Of a DNA stretch of 64,000 nucleotides, positions 7,773 through 15,749 are shown in pieces. Location of the stretch: NCBI GenBank assembly GCA_018817905.1, contig JAHISS010000087.1:985-64984 (forward strand), read 5' to 3'. Each line of letters starts with the position of its first letter. Position 1 is the first letter of the stretch. The notes under the pieces were generated by a model. It saw nothing but the letters and a program-made list of their open reading frames with translations, was not told where the DNA came from and did not search any database. The stretch is from Nanobdellota archaeon. Lineage in GTDB: Archaea > Nanobdellota > Nanobdellia > Pacearchaeales > GW2011-AR1. A program made the translations under genes and the position numbers.

Positions 7773-7947
7773 CTTCTTCCTCTGGCTGCATTGCTAAAAC
7801 ATTTTCAGCTTCTTTTTTTTCAATCATATCTTCTGGAACTTTAGCAAAACTTTCAATTGCCTGGCATTCCTCGCATTCTTGCGGAGGATACTGGCCGTAT
7901 TCGACGTTTCCGCATTCGCATTCCCACATGAAACCGTCTTTTGACAT
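7765..7947 (-). CDS. small zinc-ribbon protein (60 aa) inserted between uL30 and uL15 (insert 13)
   Basis: WECECGNVEYGQYPPQECEECQ gives a CxC...CxxC knuckle pair, followed by an acidic tail. Start overlaps the uL30 stop (1 nt) and the end overlaps the uL15 start (8 nt). Confidence 0.6.
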   Translation of the reverse strand: MSKDGFMWECECGNVEYGQYPPQECEECQAIESFAKVPEDMIEKKEAENVLAMQPEEEDE

Positions 7948-8369
7948 TACAACATCCTCCTAACCAAATCATTTATTTTCTCTTTGTTGTCTCCGAGAAC
8001 TGCCTTGCTGCTTGTTCCGAAATGTTTCTTTGAGTCTATTCCTCCTCTTGGCGGATGCAGCCTGAAAAAAGATTTTAAGCCTAAATCGTTCAATGATTTT
8101 TTGGCTAATCCTTCAACAATTTTCTCAGCGCTGATTTTATCTCCAGCTTTAATCGGTTGGCCTCTTTCCTTTATTAGTTGAACAAGAGTTTCTTTGTCTA
8201 TTGTTCCGTATGCGACATAGCTCCTTATTTTTTTTAAGAGTTTCAGATTTTCTTTAGTTGGCGCAAGAAGAACTGCAGAATACTTTCTTCTAAGTTTAAT
8301 TCTGAACAGGGTTTCTGTTACTTCCTTTGGAATTTCTACTTGGCCTGATATTCTTATTGTTAAAATCAT
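7947..8369 (-). CDS. rpl30: 50S ribosomal protein uL30
   Basis: 140 aa. ILTIRISGQV..TLFRIKLRRKYSAVL and FRLHPPRGG are archaeal uL30 hallmarks. Confidence 0.92.
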   Translation of the reverse strand: MILTIRISGQVEIPKEVTETLFRIKLRRKYSAVLLAPTKENLKLLKKIRSYVAYGTIDKETLVQLIKERGQPIKAGDKISAEKIVEGLAKKSLNDLGLKSFFRLHPPRGGIDSKKHFGTSSKAVLGDNKEKINDLVRRML

Positions 8370-9187
8370 TATGTCCTCATCTTTGTTGTTTTTTCAAGAG
8401 CATTGACGCATGCTTTTGCTAAATTGAAAGTTGTTTTTGTTTGTCCCTGCGTTTTTGTGTAGGCGTCTTTGATTCCTGCGAGTTTAAGGATTTTTTTGCA
8501 TTCGTCTCCTGTGACCAAGCCGGTTCCGCGAGGCGCTGGCCAGAGAGTAATTTTTACACTGCCTGATTTTCCCTGAACTTTGAACGGAACTGTGTGGGGA
8601 ATGCTGTCTTCTTTTTCATCTTCTGGAGATTCAAAACCAAGGTTAATTTTTATGAGGTTTAGTTTTGAGTTCCTAACTGCTTTTTCCCTTGCTGGCAGGG
8701 TTTCGCTTGCCTTGCCAAAACCAACTCCAACATGTCCTTTTTTATCTCCAGCAACTGCCATTGCAGAAAATGAAACAACATTTCCCTCCTGGGTTTTCTT
8801 TTGCGTTTGCCTCCACGCTCTTCTCTTGCCTCCGCCAAATTTTCCCTTTGCCTGACCAATTAAAATCAGGTCTGTCTCAATATTCAAAAGCGAATCAACA
8901 ATTTCTGATTCTAAAATCTTTTTTCCTTTTTCTAAAATCTTGTCAATGTCTTTTTCTTTTTTTTCTTTTACTAATCTTCCAAGATTGGTTTTTGGAACCC
9001 ATGCAGCTAACAGCACCTTAGGATCTTCCCTCTGAAATCTCCCATCTCTCCGGCCGTATTGTTTTTTTGAATTTTCTGTTTTTTCTGGCTCTTCTGTTTT
9101 TTCTGTTTCTTTCTCTAACTTTACAACTTCTTCTGGTGTTGCTTCAACAAGATCTTTTGGTTCGTTTTTTGTTTCTTTTTCTGCCAT
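8369..9187 (-). CDS. rps5: 30S ribosomal protein uS5 with Lys/Glu-rich N-terminal extension
   Basis: 272 aa. Core GKRRAWRQTQKKTQEGNVVSFSAMAVAGDKKGHVGVGFGKA and WPAPRGTGLV. The first 45 aa or so are a KE-rich extension. Confidence 0.92.
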   Translation of the reverse strand: MAEKETKNEPKDLVEATPEEVVKLEKETEKTEEPEKTENSKKQYGRRDGRFQREDPKVLLAAWVPKTNLGRLVKEKKEKDIDKILEKGKKILESEIVDSLLNIETDLILIGQAKGKFGGGKRRAWRQTQKKTQEGNVVSFSAMAVAGDKKGHVGVGFGKASETLPAREKAVRNSKLNLIKINLGFESPEDEKEDSIPHTVPFKVQGKSGSVKITLWPAPRGTGLVTGDECKKILKLAGIKDAYTKTQGQTKTTFNLAKACVNALEKTTKMRT

Positions 9188-9188
9188 T

Positions 9189-9509
9189 TTATTTTCCGTG
9201 CCTCCTTAATACTGCGTCTCTTTCTGAATGTCCTTCATCCTTAGGGCCATAGCCCCTATCTCGATTCGGATGTAAAAACGTTACTTTTCCATTATGTATT
9301 GGGTAGGAAATAACATCAATTGCTTGAGTTCCAGGGACCCTTCTAAGAAATCTTGCTCTTTCCGAATGACTCCTATAATTTCCTTCATGTGTCTCACTAA
9401 AAAACAATTCCAATTCTGATCCTTGATCGGGCTGAACTAACACCCTATCTTCAGACACGAGGTTTCTTGCCTTTAACGTTTGGCTTGATTTTATTTCTAA
9501 AGTTGCCAT
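9189..9509 (-). CDS. hypothetical protein interleaved in r-protein operon (insert 12, 106 aa, uL18|uS5 junction)
   Basis: 1-nt spacers on both sides. Its own SD AAGGAGGT lies in the last uL18 codons. Its last codons AAGGAGGCACGGAAAATAA supply the SD for uS5. Arg 12 vs Lys 5. No family recognised. Confidence 0.65.
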   Translation of the reverse strand: MATLEIKSSQTLKARNLVSEDRVLVQPDQGSELELFFSETHEGNYRSHSERARFLRRVPGTQAIDVISYPIHNGKVTFLHPNRDRGYGPKDEGHSERDAVLRRHGK

Positions 9510-9510
9510 T

Positions 9511-9984
9511 TTATAACTTTTCCTTTACCTCCTTAAAGATACTTTTAAGCTTTTCGTTAGCTTCAATTCTTTCTGTTTTTGGCAAGGTGCTTTCTTTATG
9601 CGGGATTTTCAAACCAGCGTCTATTGCTCCTTTTACAAGTGCGTAGATTCTTGAACCGTGAATGTTTCTGTTCAGACCGAAATCTAAAATCGCTTCGTTG
9701 ACTTTTGTCTTTATGTTTTTTACTAGGAGGAATCCGGTTAAGTAAGCGGCTGGAAGAGATTTCAAACTTCCTGATTTTTCTTTTGGCCAACCTTTTTCAA
9801 GGAGTTCCTGCGAGCTCGCCTTTGCTACAACTTTGTCCTGAGCTATTTGCGATTCAACAATCTGAGCGATAATGTAATGATTTGTTTTTCTTACGACTAA
9901 GCGCGGTTTTTCTGACTTCAACATTGTAAATCTTGCTTTGTAGTCTGTTTTTGCTTGTTTTCGGCGACGTTTTAGAGTTTTCAC
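9511..9984 (-). CDS. rpl18: 50S ribosomal protein uL18
   Basis: 157 aa. RRRKQAKTDYKARFTMLKSEKPRLVVRKTNHYIIAQIV is the uL18 signature. Confidence 0.92.
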   Translation of the reverse strand: MKTLKRRRKQAKTDYKARFTMLKSEKPRLVVRKTNHYIIAQIVESQIAQDKVVAKASSQELLEKGWPKEKSGSLKSLPAAYLTGFLLVKNIKTKVNEAILDFGLNRNIHGSRIYALVKGAIDAGLKIPHKESTLPKTERIEANEKLKSIFKEVKEKL

Positions 9985-10397
9985 TTTTCTTCCTCCTGCA
10001 TTTCAGCTAACCTTTCTTTCATGTGAGCCAAACTTCTGAAGTCTGAGGCCCGGATTTCTTTCCGCAATTTGTAATAATCTTCCAGCGAAATTTTCTTTCT
10101 CTTCTTCAAGTTTGAAAGATAAGTTCTTAATTTTCTCGTCATAGTAACATAATCTTGTTTTCTTGTCTTCACTGTTTTCTTTACTGAACCAGCACGTCTT
10201 CTTGTTTTTCTTTTTTTGATTTTTCTCCGTCCCTTTTTTTCCTCTATGAAAATCGCGCCAGATTCTTTCAAATCTTTCATGTCTTGTTTTGTTATTGCTT
10301 CTTTTAATTCTGCCAAGCGCGCGGTGTTGAAAGAGATTCTGTTCTTTCCTGTCTTTAACGCCCTTGCAGCTAACTCTTTTTTCTTTTCAAGTTTCAT
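9981..10397 (-). CDS. rpl19e: 50S ribosomal protein eL19
   Basis: 138 aa. KKELAARALKTGKNRISF...ITKQDMKDLKESGAIFIEEKKGRRK is typical eL19. Confidence 0.92.
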   Translation of the reverse strand: MKLEKKKELAARALKTGKNRISFNTARLAELKEAITKQDMKDLKESGAIFIEEKKGRRKIKKRKTRRRAGSVKKTVKTRKQDYVTMTRKLRTYLSNLKKRKKISLEDYYKLRKEIRASDFRSLAHMKERLAEMQEEEK

Positions 10398-10696
10398 GCT
10401 GTCCCCCGATGTTGTTCGACGAATTCTGAAACTGTCTTAAATTCAGGATGTGTTTCAGGAATTCTGCTCGTTGAAGTAAGGGATGGTTCTAAAACATCTA
10501 AGCCCGATAAATTATAAACACTTCTTAAAAATGCTAACTGACCCTCCACTGGGACTGGTTTTGGATCAATTATTTCTACAACCGTTCCCTTGGTTTTATA
10601 CACTAATCCTTTTGGGATCCTTTGACAAAAAACTTTTTCTCCAGGGTGATAAGATCCTCTAACTTTCAGTTCCCTTGGTCTTGTTTGCGTTGTCAT
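10394..10696 (-). CDS. hypothetical protein interleaved in r-protein operon (insert 11, 100 aa, eL32|eL19 junction)
   Basis: ATGA overlaps with the eL32 stop and the eL19 start. Begins MTTQT. Ends ..ACAGCATGA. No family recognised. Confidence 0.65.
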   Translation of the reverse strand: MTTQTRPRELKVRGSYHPGEKVFCQRIPKGLVYKTKGTVVEIIDPKPVPVEGQLAFLRSVYNLSGLDVLEPSLTSTSRIPETHPEFKTVSEFVEQHRGTA

Positions 10697-11043
10697 TTCT
10701 TCTCCCCCTTAACATTTAAAATTTTTATTTTCTTTTCAGTTGCTTCTTTTATAAGCTCCAACTTTTTCTTTGCTCCGACTTTTGCGAGAATTGCTCCCTG
10801 GTTTTTTCCCAAATCGTTTAGTTCTTTTCTGTTGTGGACTAAAACAACTTGGAGATTTTGGATTTTTCCTGCTTGTTTTTTTGGTTTTTTGTATCCAACT
10901 GAAACTGTTTTTGCATGACCATGCATGTTTAGCCTCATCTTACTGTCGCGGCCCTTTGGTCTTCGCCATTTTTGCAGTTTCTTTCTTCGCTTTCCGATTC
11001 TTGAATGTCTGTCTGCTTCCTGCCTGATGAATTTTTTTTTCAT
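10693..11043 (-). CDS. rpl32e: 50S ribosomal protein eL32
   Basis: 116 aa. FIRQEADRHSRIGKRRKKLQKWRRPKGRDSKMR is the eL32 signature. Confidence 0.92.
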   Translation of the reverse strand: MKKKFIRQEADRHSRIGKRRKKLQKWRRPKGRDSKMRLNMHGHAKTVSVGYKKPKKQAGKIQNLQVVLVHNRKELNDLGKNQGAILAKVGAKKKLELIKEATEKKIKILNVKGEKK

Positions 11044-11585
11044 TATAATCCCCTCCCTGGTTTTGAAACCAAGTGAATACCGTCTTGGAAAATTCTTCGG
11101 TCCCTGCCTCGAACCTTGGTAGCTTTTTCAATATTTGCCATTGTTTTTCCTGCAGCTTCTCGGTCATTAGAAGAAATAGTTACCTTCTGCCCCTTAATTT
11201 GAACTTCGACATTTGGAAAAATTTTTGCATGTCTTGGAGTTTTCTCCCCTAAAAAATTGTTTATTGCGAGTTGATTTCCTTCGACTTTCAAAGTCATCGG
11301 AAAATGAACATTCACTGCCTCTAACTCGTAAACAAACTTCTCTCCTAAACCTCTAAAAAGATTTTTGATGTGCGCGATTTGCGACTTGATGATTTTGTAT
11401 TGGTTTTTGTTTCCTTTTTTACAACTGATGACAATTTCGTTTCCCTGAAGTTGTATTTCTATCTGCGGAATGTTCATATCTCTTGAAATTGAATCAGAAC
11501 CCTTTGTGCAAGTTAGTTTTTTATTTTCATAAGTGCAAGAAATGCCTTCGGGTATTTCAACTTTTTCTAGGATTTGGTGTTTCAT
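11043..11585 (-). CDS. rpl6: 50S ribosomal protein uL6
   Basis: 180 aa. Two-domain uL6 pattern: VEIPEGIS..., HFPMTLKVEGNQLAINNFLGEK, RGRDRRIFQDGI. Confidence 0.92.
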   Translation of the reverse strand: MKHQILEKVEIPEGISCTYENKKLTCTKGSDSISRDMNIPQIEIQLQGNEIVISCKKGNKNQYKIIKSQIAHIKNLFRGLGEKFVYELEAVNVHFPMTLKVEGNQLAINNFLGEKTPRHAKIFPNVEVQIKGQKVTISSNDREAAGKTMANIEKATKVRGRDRRIFQDGIHLVSKPGRGL

Positions 11586-11586
11586 C

Positions 11587-11952
11587 TTATGCTGCGCTCC
11601 TATCTTTCTTACAGGATAATTCTAAAACTGCTTGATAGGGTTTATAGAAACGTTCACGAACAATTTCAATTAATGGTTTGTAATAATCTGGAAAAACAGG
11701 TCTTTCTGTTTTTGGATTAATGCCATATTTTCTAAAATCTGATTGGGCCAAGGGCATGGCTTCAAAAGCTGTGTGATACTCTCTCATCAAAACGTTTGTT
11801 TTACCAGGGTTGCCAATTACCTGTTCTGCCCTGTCTAAATGTGTATGTATAAAATTTGCAACAACTAAAAATTTAGCCATGTCTCCGCTTATAGCCCGTT
11901 GTTCCCAAAGTTTTCCTATTGTGACAAGAGAAGGATTTAATTTTTTAGCCAT
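11587..11952 (-). CDS. hypothetical protein interleaved in r-protein operon (insert 10, 121 aa, uS8|uL6 junction)
   Basis: 1-nt spacers to the uS8 stop and the uL6 start. Ends AGCGCAGCATAA. No family recognised. Confidence 0.65.
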   Translation of the reverse strand: MAKKLNPSLVTIGKLWEQRAISGDMAKFLVVANFIHTHLDRAEQVIGNPGKTNVLMREYHTAFEAMPLAQSDFRKYGINPKTERPVFPDYYKPLIEIVRERFYKPYQAVLELSCKKDRSAA

Positions 11953-11953
11953 C

Positions 11954-12328
11954 TTAATAAAAATAAGCTATCAAGCTTCCTCCGATGTTTTTATCCTGGG
12001 CTGTTTGGTGAGTCATGAGTCCTTGCGATGTTGAAATGATTAAAAATCCGATGTTTTTTGCCGGCAGGTATCTCTTGACGTATTTTTCAATTTCGTCGAC
12101 TTTTACCATGAAGCGCGGCTTGATTGCGTTGCAGTTGTTTAATTTTCCAAGTTCAATCTTTAGGTTTGTTTTGTCGGTTTTGTAACTTTTTACATATCCT
12201 TTTAATTTCGCGATTGCTAAAACAGAACTGAGAAGTTTTGAATGTCTTTTTACTTCTACGATTTCCTTTCCAGCTCTTCGGATGTTCATCATCTGGTTTA
12301 GCGCGTCTGCTACTACATCTTGTGACAT
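11954..12328 (-). CDS. rps8: 30S ribosomal protein uS8
   Basis: 124 aa. DVVADALNQMMNIRRAGKEIVEV and GGSLIAYFY are the uS8 termini. Confidence 0.92.
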   Translation of the reverse strand: MSQDVVADALNQMMNIRRAGKEIVEVKRHSKLLSSVLAIAKLKGYVKSYKTDKTNLKIELGKLNNCNAIKPRFMVKVDEIEKYVKRYLPAKNIGFLIISTSQGLMTHQTAQDKNIGGSLIAYFY

Positions 12329-12329
12329 T

Positions 12330-12560
12330 TTAACTATATTTTTTGAAGCCGATTTCTACTGCGATTTCTCGGAAGCAGTGTCGGCAGATGTTTAGATTAT
12401 ACTGATTGAGGTGAGCGCCGAAGCGACCGCATCTTTCGCATTTTCGCGCGGCGATTCCGGTCTTTCTTTCCTTCGGCTTGCAGTGCTTTAGGAACTTTTT
12501 CATAATTTCTGGTTTGTCCTTCAATTGCTTTGTTATTTTTTTCCAATCTGATGCTGTCAT
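12330..12560 (-). CDS. rps14: 30S ribosomal protein uS14 (zinc type)
   Basis: 76 aa. CERCGRFGAHLNQYNLNICRHCFRE is the Zn-ribbon uS14 core. Has an N-terminal extension relative to typical archaeal uS14. Confidence 0.88.
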   Translation of the reverse strand: MTASDWKKITKQLKDKPEIMKKFLKHCKPKERKTGIAARKCERCGRFGAHLNQYNLNICRHCFREIAVEIGFKKYS

Positions 12561-12862
12561 ATTGTGTCTGCCTCCAAGATTTCCTTAAACCTTTCGAATA
12601 TTTCCATTTCTTTTTCTCCACGCAAACAGTCTGGGTGCATTGTATAAACACTATCATCTCCATTCCTACGCGATATTGTTGAGCCATCGAATAATAATTT
12701 AAAATGCGTGGTGCCGAAAACTTCGATTGATCCTTTGTTGTTGCCTGGTTTAATAAATTGATGATATGGGTATTCTCCATCAACATATTTGAATCTTTCT
12801 CCAGAAGGTCTGACTGGATACCATTCGCCCATTGCCAACTTTGGTTTTGTTTGTGTTGTCAT
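12557..12862 (-). CDS. hypothetical protein interleaved in r-protein operon (insert 9, 101 aa, second ORF at the uL5|uS14 junction)
   Basis: ATGA overlaps at both ends. Begins MTTQT. Last codons CTTGGAGGCAGACACAATATGA carry the SD for uS14. No family recognised. Confidence 0.65.
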   Translation of the reverse strand: MTTQTKPKLAMGEWYPVRPSGERFKYVDGEYPYHQFIKPGNNKGSIEVFGTTHFKLLFDGSTISRRNGDDSVYTMHPDCLRGEKEMEIFERFKEILEADTI

Positions 12863-13215
12863 ATTCTCCTTTGTTCACTCCTTTCAACCATGGCATACAA
12901 ATCTTGAAAGCCTATTGTTCCTTCTTCAATACCCTCACATGGACAGATTTTTCGGATGCTGAAATTACTCCCTTGATCCACTGCTGCCCAATATAGGCGA
13001 AGATATTTTTTGCGAAGTATCTTATCTGTTTGTGCGAATAGTGCTCTTGCCCCGTCTGTATCGGCCACGGTTCCAACATAGTTATATCTAACCCGCCTAT
13101 CTGGGGAAACTATTATATCTCCTTCATGTATAATGGTAATATCTATGAGGGGATTTGCTACTACTACCGCATGTTCACGATGAATTAATGGGGTTGCCGC
13201 TGTCATCTCACTCAA
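12859..13215 (-). CDS. hypothetical protein interleaved in r-protein operon (insert 8, 118 aa, first ORF at the uL5|uS14 junction)
   Basis: 8-nt overlap with the uL5 end and ATGA overlap with insert 9. AAAGGAGAATATGA supplies the SD for insert 9. Arg 11 vs Lys 4. Confidence 0.65.
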   Translation of the reverse strand: MSEMTAATPLIHREHAVVVANPLIDITIIHEGDIIVSPDRRVRYNYVGTVADTDGARALFAQTDKILRKKYLRLYWAAVDQGSNFSIRKICPCEGIEEGTIGFQDLYAMVERSEQRRI

Positions 13216-13744
13216 CCTCTGTCTCGAAGTTTTCTTCGAGGAATTTAATTATTTCTTCAGGGGAAATTTTTTGTTTTTCTGGGAGTTTTCCTCTTTTGAT
13301 TTTTCTTCTCTTAACTCTTACTCCTGCTCTGATAAAACATGCAGTTACATTTAAACCTCTAATTCCAATTTCTCTTTGATATTCTATCCCGGGAATTTCA
13401 ATGTATTCATGGATTCCAAAAGAAAACGAGTTTTCTGCGATTTGCTTTTCGTCGAGCTCGTTGTCAACTGCGCCTAAAAGTTTTTTCAGGATTTCAAAAG
13501 CATGTTTTCCACGCAATGTCACTGATGTTCCAAGAGGTAAGTGCGGCTTCACTCCAAAGTCAGGAATTCTCCGCTTTGGTCCTGCCTTCATGATTTGCGC
13601 TTTTTTTCCTGAAATCATTTCCAAAAGTTTCTGCGACTTTTCAAGATTCGGACCTGTTGCTCCACAGCTAAGAACAACTTTCTCAAGTTTTACTTCTCTC
13701 ATTGGATTTTCTTTTTTTTCCTGGATTTGGGTTTGGGTTGTCAT
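13208..13744 (-). CDS. rpl5: 50S ribosomal protein uL5
   Basis: 178 aa. NPMREVKLEKVVLSCG..., RRIPDFGVKPHLPLGTSVTLRG, GIHEYIEIPGIEY. N-terminal MTTQTQIQEKKE precedes the usual start; an alternative start is M15 at 13702. Confidence 0.92.
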   Translation of the reverse strand: MTTQTQIQEKKENPMREVKLEKVVLSCGATGPNLEKSQKLLEMISGKKAQIMKAGPKRRIPDFGVKPHLPLGTSVTLRGKHAFEILKKLLGAVDNELDEKQIAENSFSFGIHEYIEIPGIEYQREIGIRGLNVTACFIRAGVRVKRRKIKRGKLPEKQKISPEEIIKFLEENFETEVE

Positions 13745-14013
13745 CTTTGTCCTCCCGGACCTCTGAAATAAGCATTCGTAAATTGAATTAGTAAAATACT
13801 GTAAAGTCTCTCCATTGCATTAACTAAACCGAGATATGCCTCTTGATTCGGTGGCGATGCCAGGGTTCTTCTCATTTCTCCAAAACGTTGATTAATTCTG
13901 TCCCTTGCTGCGAAAAAACCTTTAATGTTATTTCCTTCTTCGGCATATCTTCTTTGTTCGCTTACATCTTTCAATACTTCTTCTGTGAAAGATGCGATTT
14001 TTGCTAAACTCAT
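13741..14013 (-). CDS. hypothetical protein interleaved in r-protein operon (insert 7, 90 aa, eS4|uL5 junction)
   Basis: ATGA overlaps with the eS4 stop and the uL5 start. Last codons GGTCCGGGAGGACAAAGATGA carry the SD for uL5. Arg 10 vs Lys 3. Confidence 0.65.
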   Translation of the reverse strand: MSLAKIASFTEEVLKDVSEQRRYAEEGNNIKGFFAARDRINQRFGEMRRTLASPPNQEAYLGLVNAMERLYSILLIQFTNAYFRGPGGQR

Positions 14014-14630
14014 AGCGCCACCACCTGCTGTCTTTCCAAAACAGTTTCTTTATCTTTGAGCTGTATCTTTGCCTTGCTTCCTTCGACAGAAATTATTTTT
14101 CCCTTGTTCCCAATATATTTTCCAGCAATTATGAAACAGTTCTTTGTTTTTTCCAAGGGAACGTGTTTTGTTATTTTTCCAGAAAAGTCGAGATAAACTG
14201 TGTCCTGCGTGTTTATTTTCCTGTCTTCTGAAAGAACGTTGGAACCGTCGTGCAAGTTCAATTGGGTTTTGTTTCCCTTTAATATTTTTTTGTCTATCAC
14301 TTTGCAGATTCTTTCCTTGTCTTTTGTTTTTTCAAATGTGAACTTTCCATTTGCCGTGAAAGTCAAAACATAAGATTCTCCTGCTTCGAAAACGTTGAAG
14401 AGCCGAATTGAATCTCTGTAATCTTTAATTTCTTTTCCGTTGAGTTTTAGCAATTTTTGTTTTATCATTTCTCTTACTTCTTTTGCTGTTGTCGCGAGGT
14501 TTAACATGTTCCGGACAGCTACGACGACGGGAACCGAGTTTTCCAAATCAACTAAAGACCTAGCTATGTATCTGGTTCCTTTTCTTTCTATTGGAATTTT
14601 TTTTGTTAGCTTAGCTCTTGTTTGGTACAT
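14010..14630 (-). CDS. rps4e: 30S ribosomal protein eS4
   Basis: 206 aa. KLTKKIPIERKGTRYIARS...VVVAVRNMLNLATTAKEVREMI is typical eS4. Confidence 0.92.
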   Translation of the reverse strand: MYQTRAKLTKKIPIERKGTRYIARSLVDLENSVPVVVAVRNMLNLATTAKEVREMIKQKLLKLNGKEIKDYRDSIRLFNVFEAGESYVLTFTANGKFTFEKTKDKERICKVIDKKILKGNKTQLNLHDGSNVLSEDRKINTQDTVYLDFSGKITKHVPLEKTKNCFIIAGKYIGNKGKIISVEGSKAKIQLKDKETVLERQQVVAL

Positions 14631-15021
14631 TTTTCTTTTCCTTTGATTTGTTTAAAGCAGATATTCTTTTTTTGTCTTCTAAGTTTAAAGTTTGAATCTG
14701 CAACGAACTTGGATGGAACCAGACGCTGACTTTTGTTCCGTCTTTTTTTGTCCGCTGGATGTTTTCCAAAGCAATTCTTGTTCTTTTCAAATCAATTGTG
14801 ATGACTTTTGCTTTTTTCTTCTTGAACGAACCGCGCATGACAAGCACTTCATCATTCTTCCTGATTGGAATGCTTTTCTTGCCGTGCTTTTTCCTTAATT
14901 CTTTTGAAAGCTGGGCGCTTAAAAACTTATGCTTTGTGTGAAGCGGCGCGTTAGCTAAGTATTTTCGCTGCTTGCGAGGCTGCTTCGAAGATTTCCATTG
15001 GGTTGAGAATTTGTTTTTCAT
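14611..15021 (-). CDS. rpl24: 50S ribosomal protein uL24
   Basis: 136 aa. SKQPRKQRKYLANAPLHTKHKFLSAQLSKELRKKHG..IPIRKNDEVLVMRGSFKKKKAKV (KOW motif). 20-nt overlap with the eS4 start. Confidence 0.92.
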   Translation of the reverse strand: MKNKFSTQWKSSKQPRKQRKYLANAPLHTKHKFLSAQLSKELRKKHGKKSIPIRKNDEVLVMRGSFKKKKAKVITIDLKRTRIALENIQRTKKDGTKVSVWFHPSSLQIQTLNLEDKKRISALNKSKEKKNVPNKS

Positions 15022-15022
15022 T

Positions 15023-15322
15023 TTATGCTGCAGTCCCGCTACTTCTAATGAAATGACTAACTACTATAAGTTGGATTTCCAAGGCATTTTGAAGGTGCCC
15101 GTTAATTTCCCTTAAATGATTAACATTTGAAACATCTATGTTTTCGACAATGGCTAAGTGTTCACCAATTCTCTCATTATAATACCTTGCTCCCACTGTA
15201 TTACCAGATATTATTGCAGTCGCTAATTCATCTACGTAGCGCTTAAGAGCTTGGCTGGACCTTTTAGCCACTAAATAATTCCTTCTTTCAGAATCCTGAC
15301 TTAATCTAATTGTTGTATTCAT
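15023..15322 (-). CDS. hypothetical protein interleaved in r-protein operon (insert 6, 99 aa, uL14|uL24 junction)
   Basis: Track ORF 15023-15385 trimmed to the ATG at 15322 (MNTTIRLS...), 1 nt after the uL14 stop. 1-nt spacer to the uL24 ATG. Ends ACTGCAGCATAA. Arg 9 vs Lys 2. Confidence 0.6.
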   Translation of the reverse strand: MNTTIRLSQDSERRNYLVAKRSSQALKRYVDELATAIISGNTVGARYYNERIGEHLAIVENIDVSNVNHLREINGHLQNALEIQLIVVSHFIRSSGTAA

Positions 15323-15323
15323 T

Positions 15324-15749
15324 TTACAAAACATACTGAGCAATCTTGGCGACAGATGGCCAACGCTCCTGAACCTCCCTTGCAACTGGACCTTTAATTT
15401 GAGTTCCTTTTGGATTGCCTTTGTCGTCTTTCATTAAGGCTACGGCGTTGTCTTCGAAGCAGACTCTCTCACCTGTTAGTCTCCGGTAAGGTTTCTTTTG
15501 GCGGATTACAACTGCATCAAACACTTGGCCTTTCATGTCCGGCTTTCCTTTTCTGACAGAGACTTTTACCCAGTCCGATATTTTAGCATACTGCTGTCTT
15601 TTCTTTGTTGTTTTTCCGCCTTTTACTCCTGTGATTCTGACAATTCTCGCGCCGCTGTTGTCTGAAGCAAGAACCTGACTGCCAATGTTTAAACCGCGCG
15701 TTGCTCTTGCACTAATCGCCTTTCCGAATATTTTTTTTGATTTTGTCAT
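15324..15749 (-). CDS. rpl14: 50S ribosomal protein uL14
   Basis: 141 aa. GLNIGSQVLASDNSGARIVRITGVKG...FEDNAVALM is the uL14 signature. Confidence 0.92.
   Translation of the reverse strand: MTKSKKIFGKAISARATRGLNIGSQVLASDNSGARIVRITGVKGGKTTKKRQQYAKISDWVKVSVRKGKPDMKGQVFDAVVIRQKKPYRRLTGERVCFEDNAVALMKDDKGNPKGTQIKGPVAREVQERWPSVAKIAQYVL

Noticed and set aside
7765-7947. Calling the 60-aa Cys protein a rubredoxin
   Set aside because: It has a CxC plus CxxC spacing and lacks the aromatic core motifs of rubredoxin. I kept the generic zinc-ribbon call.
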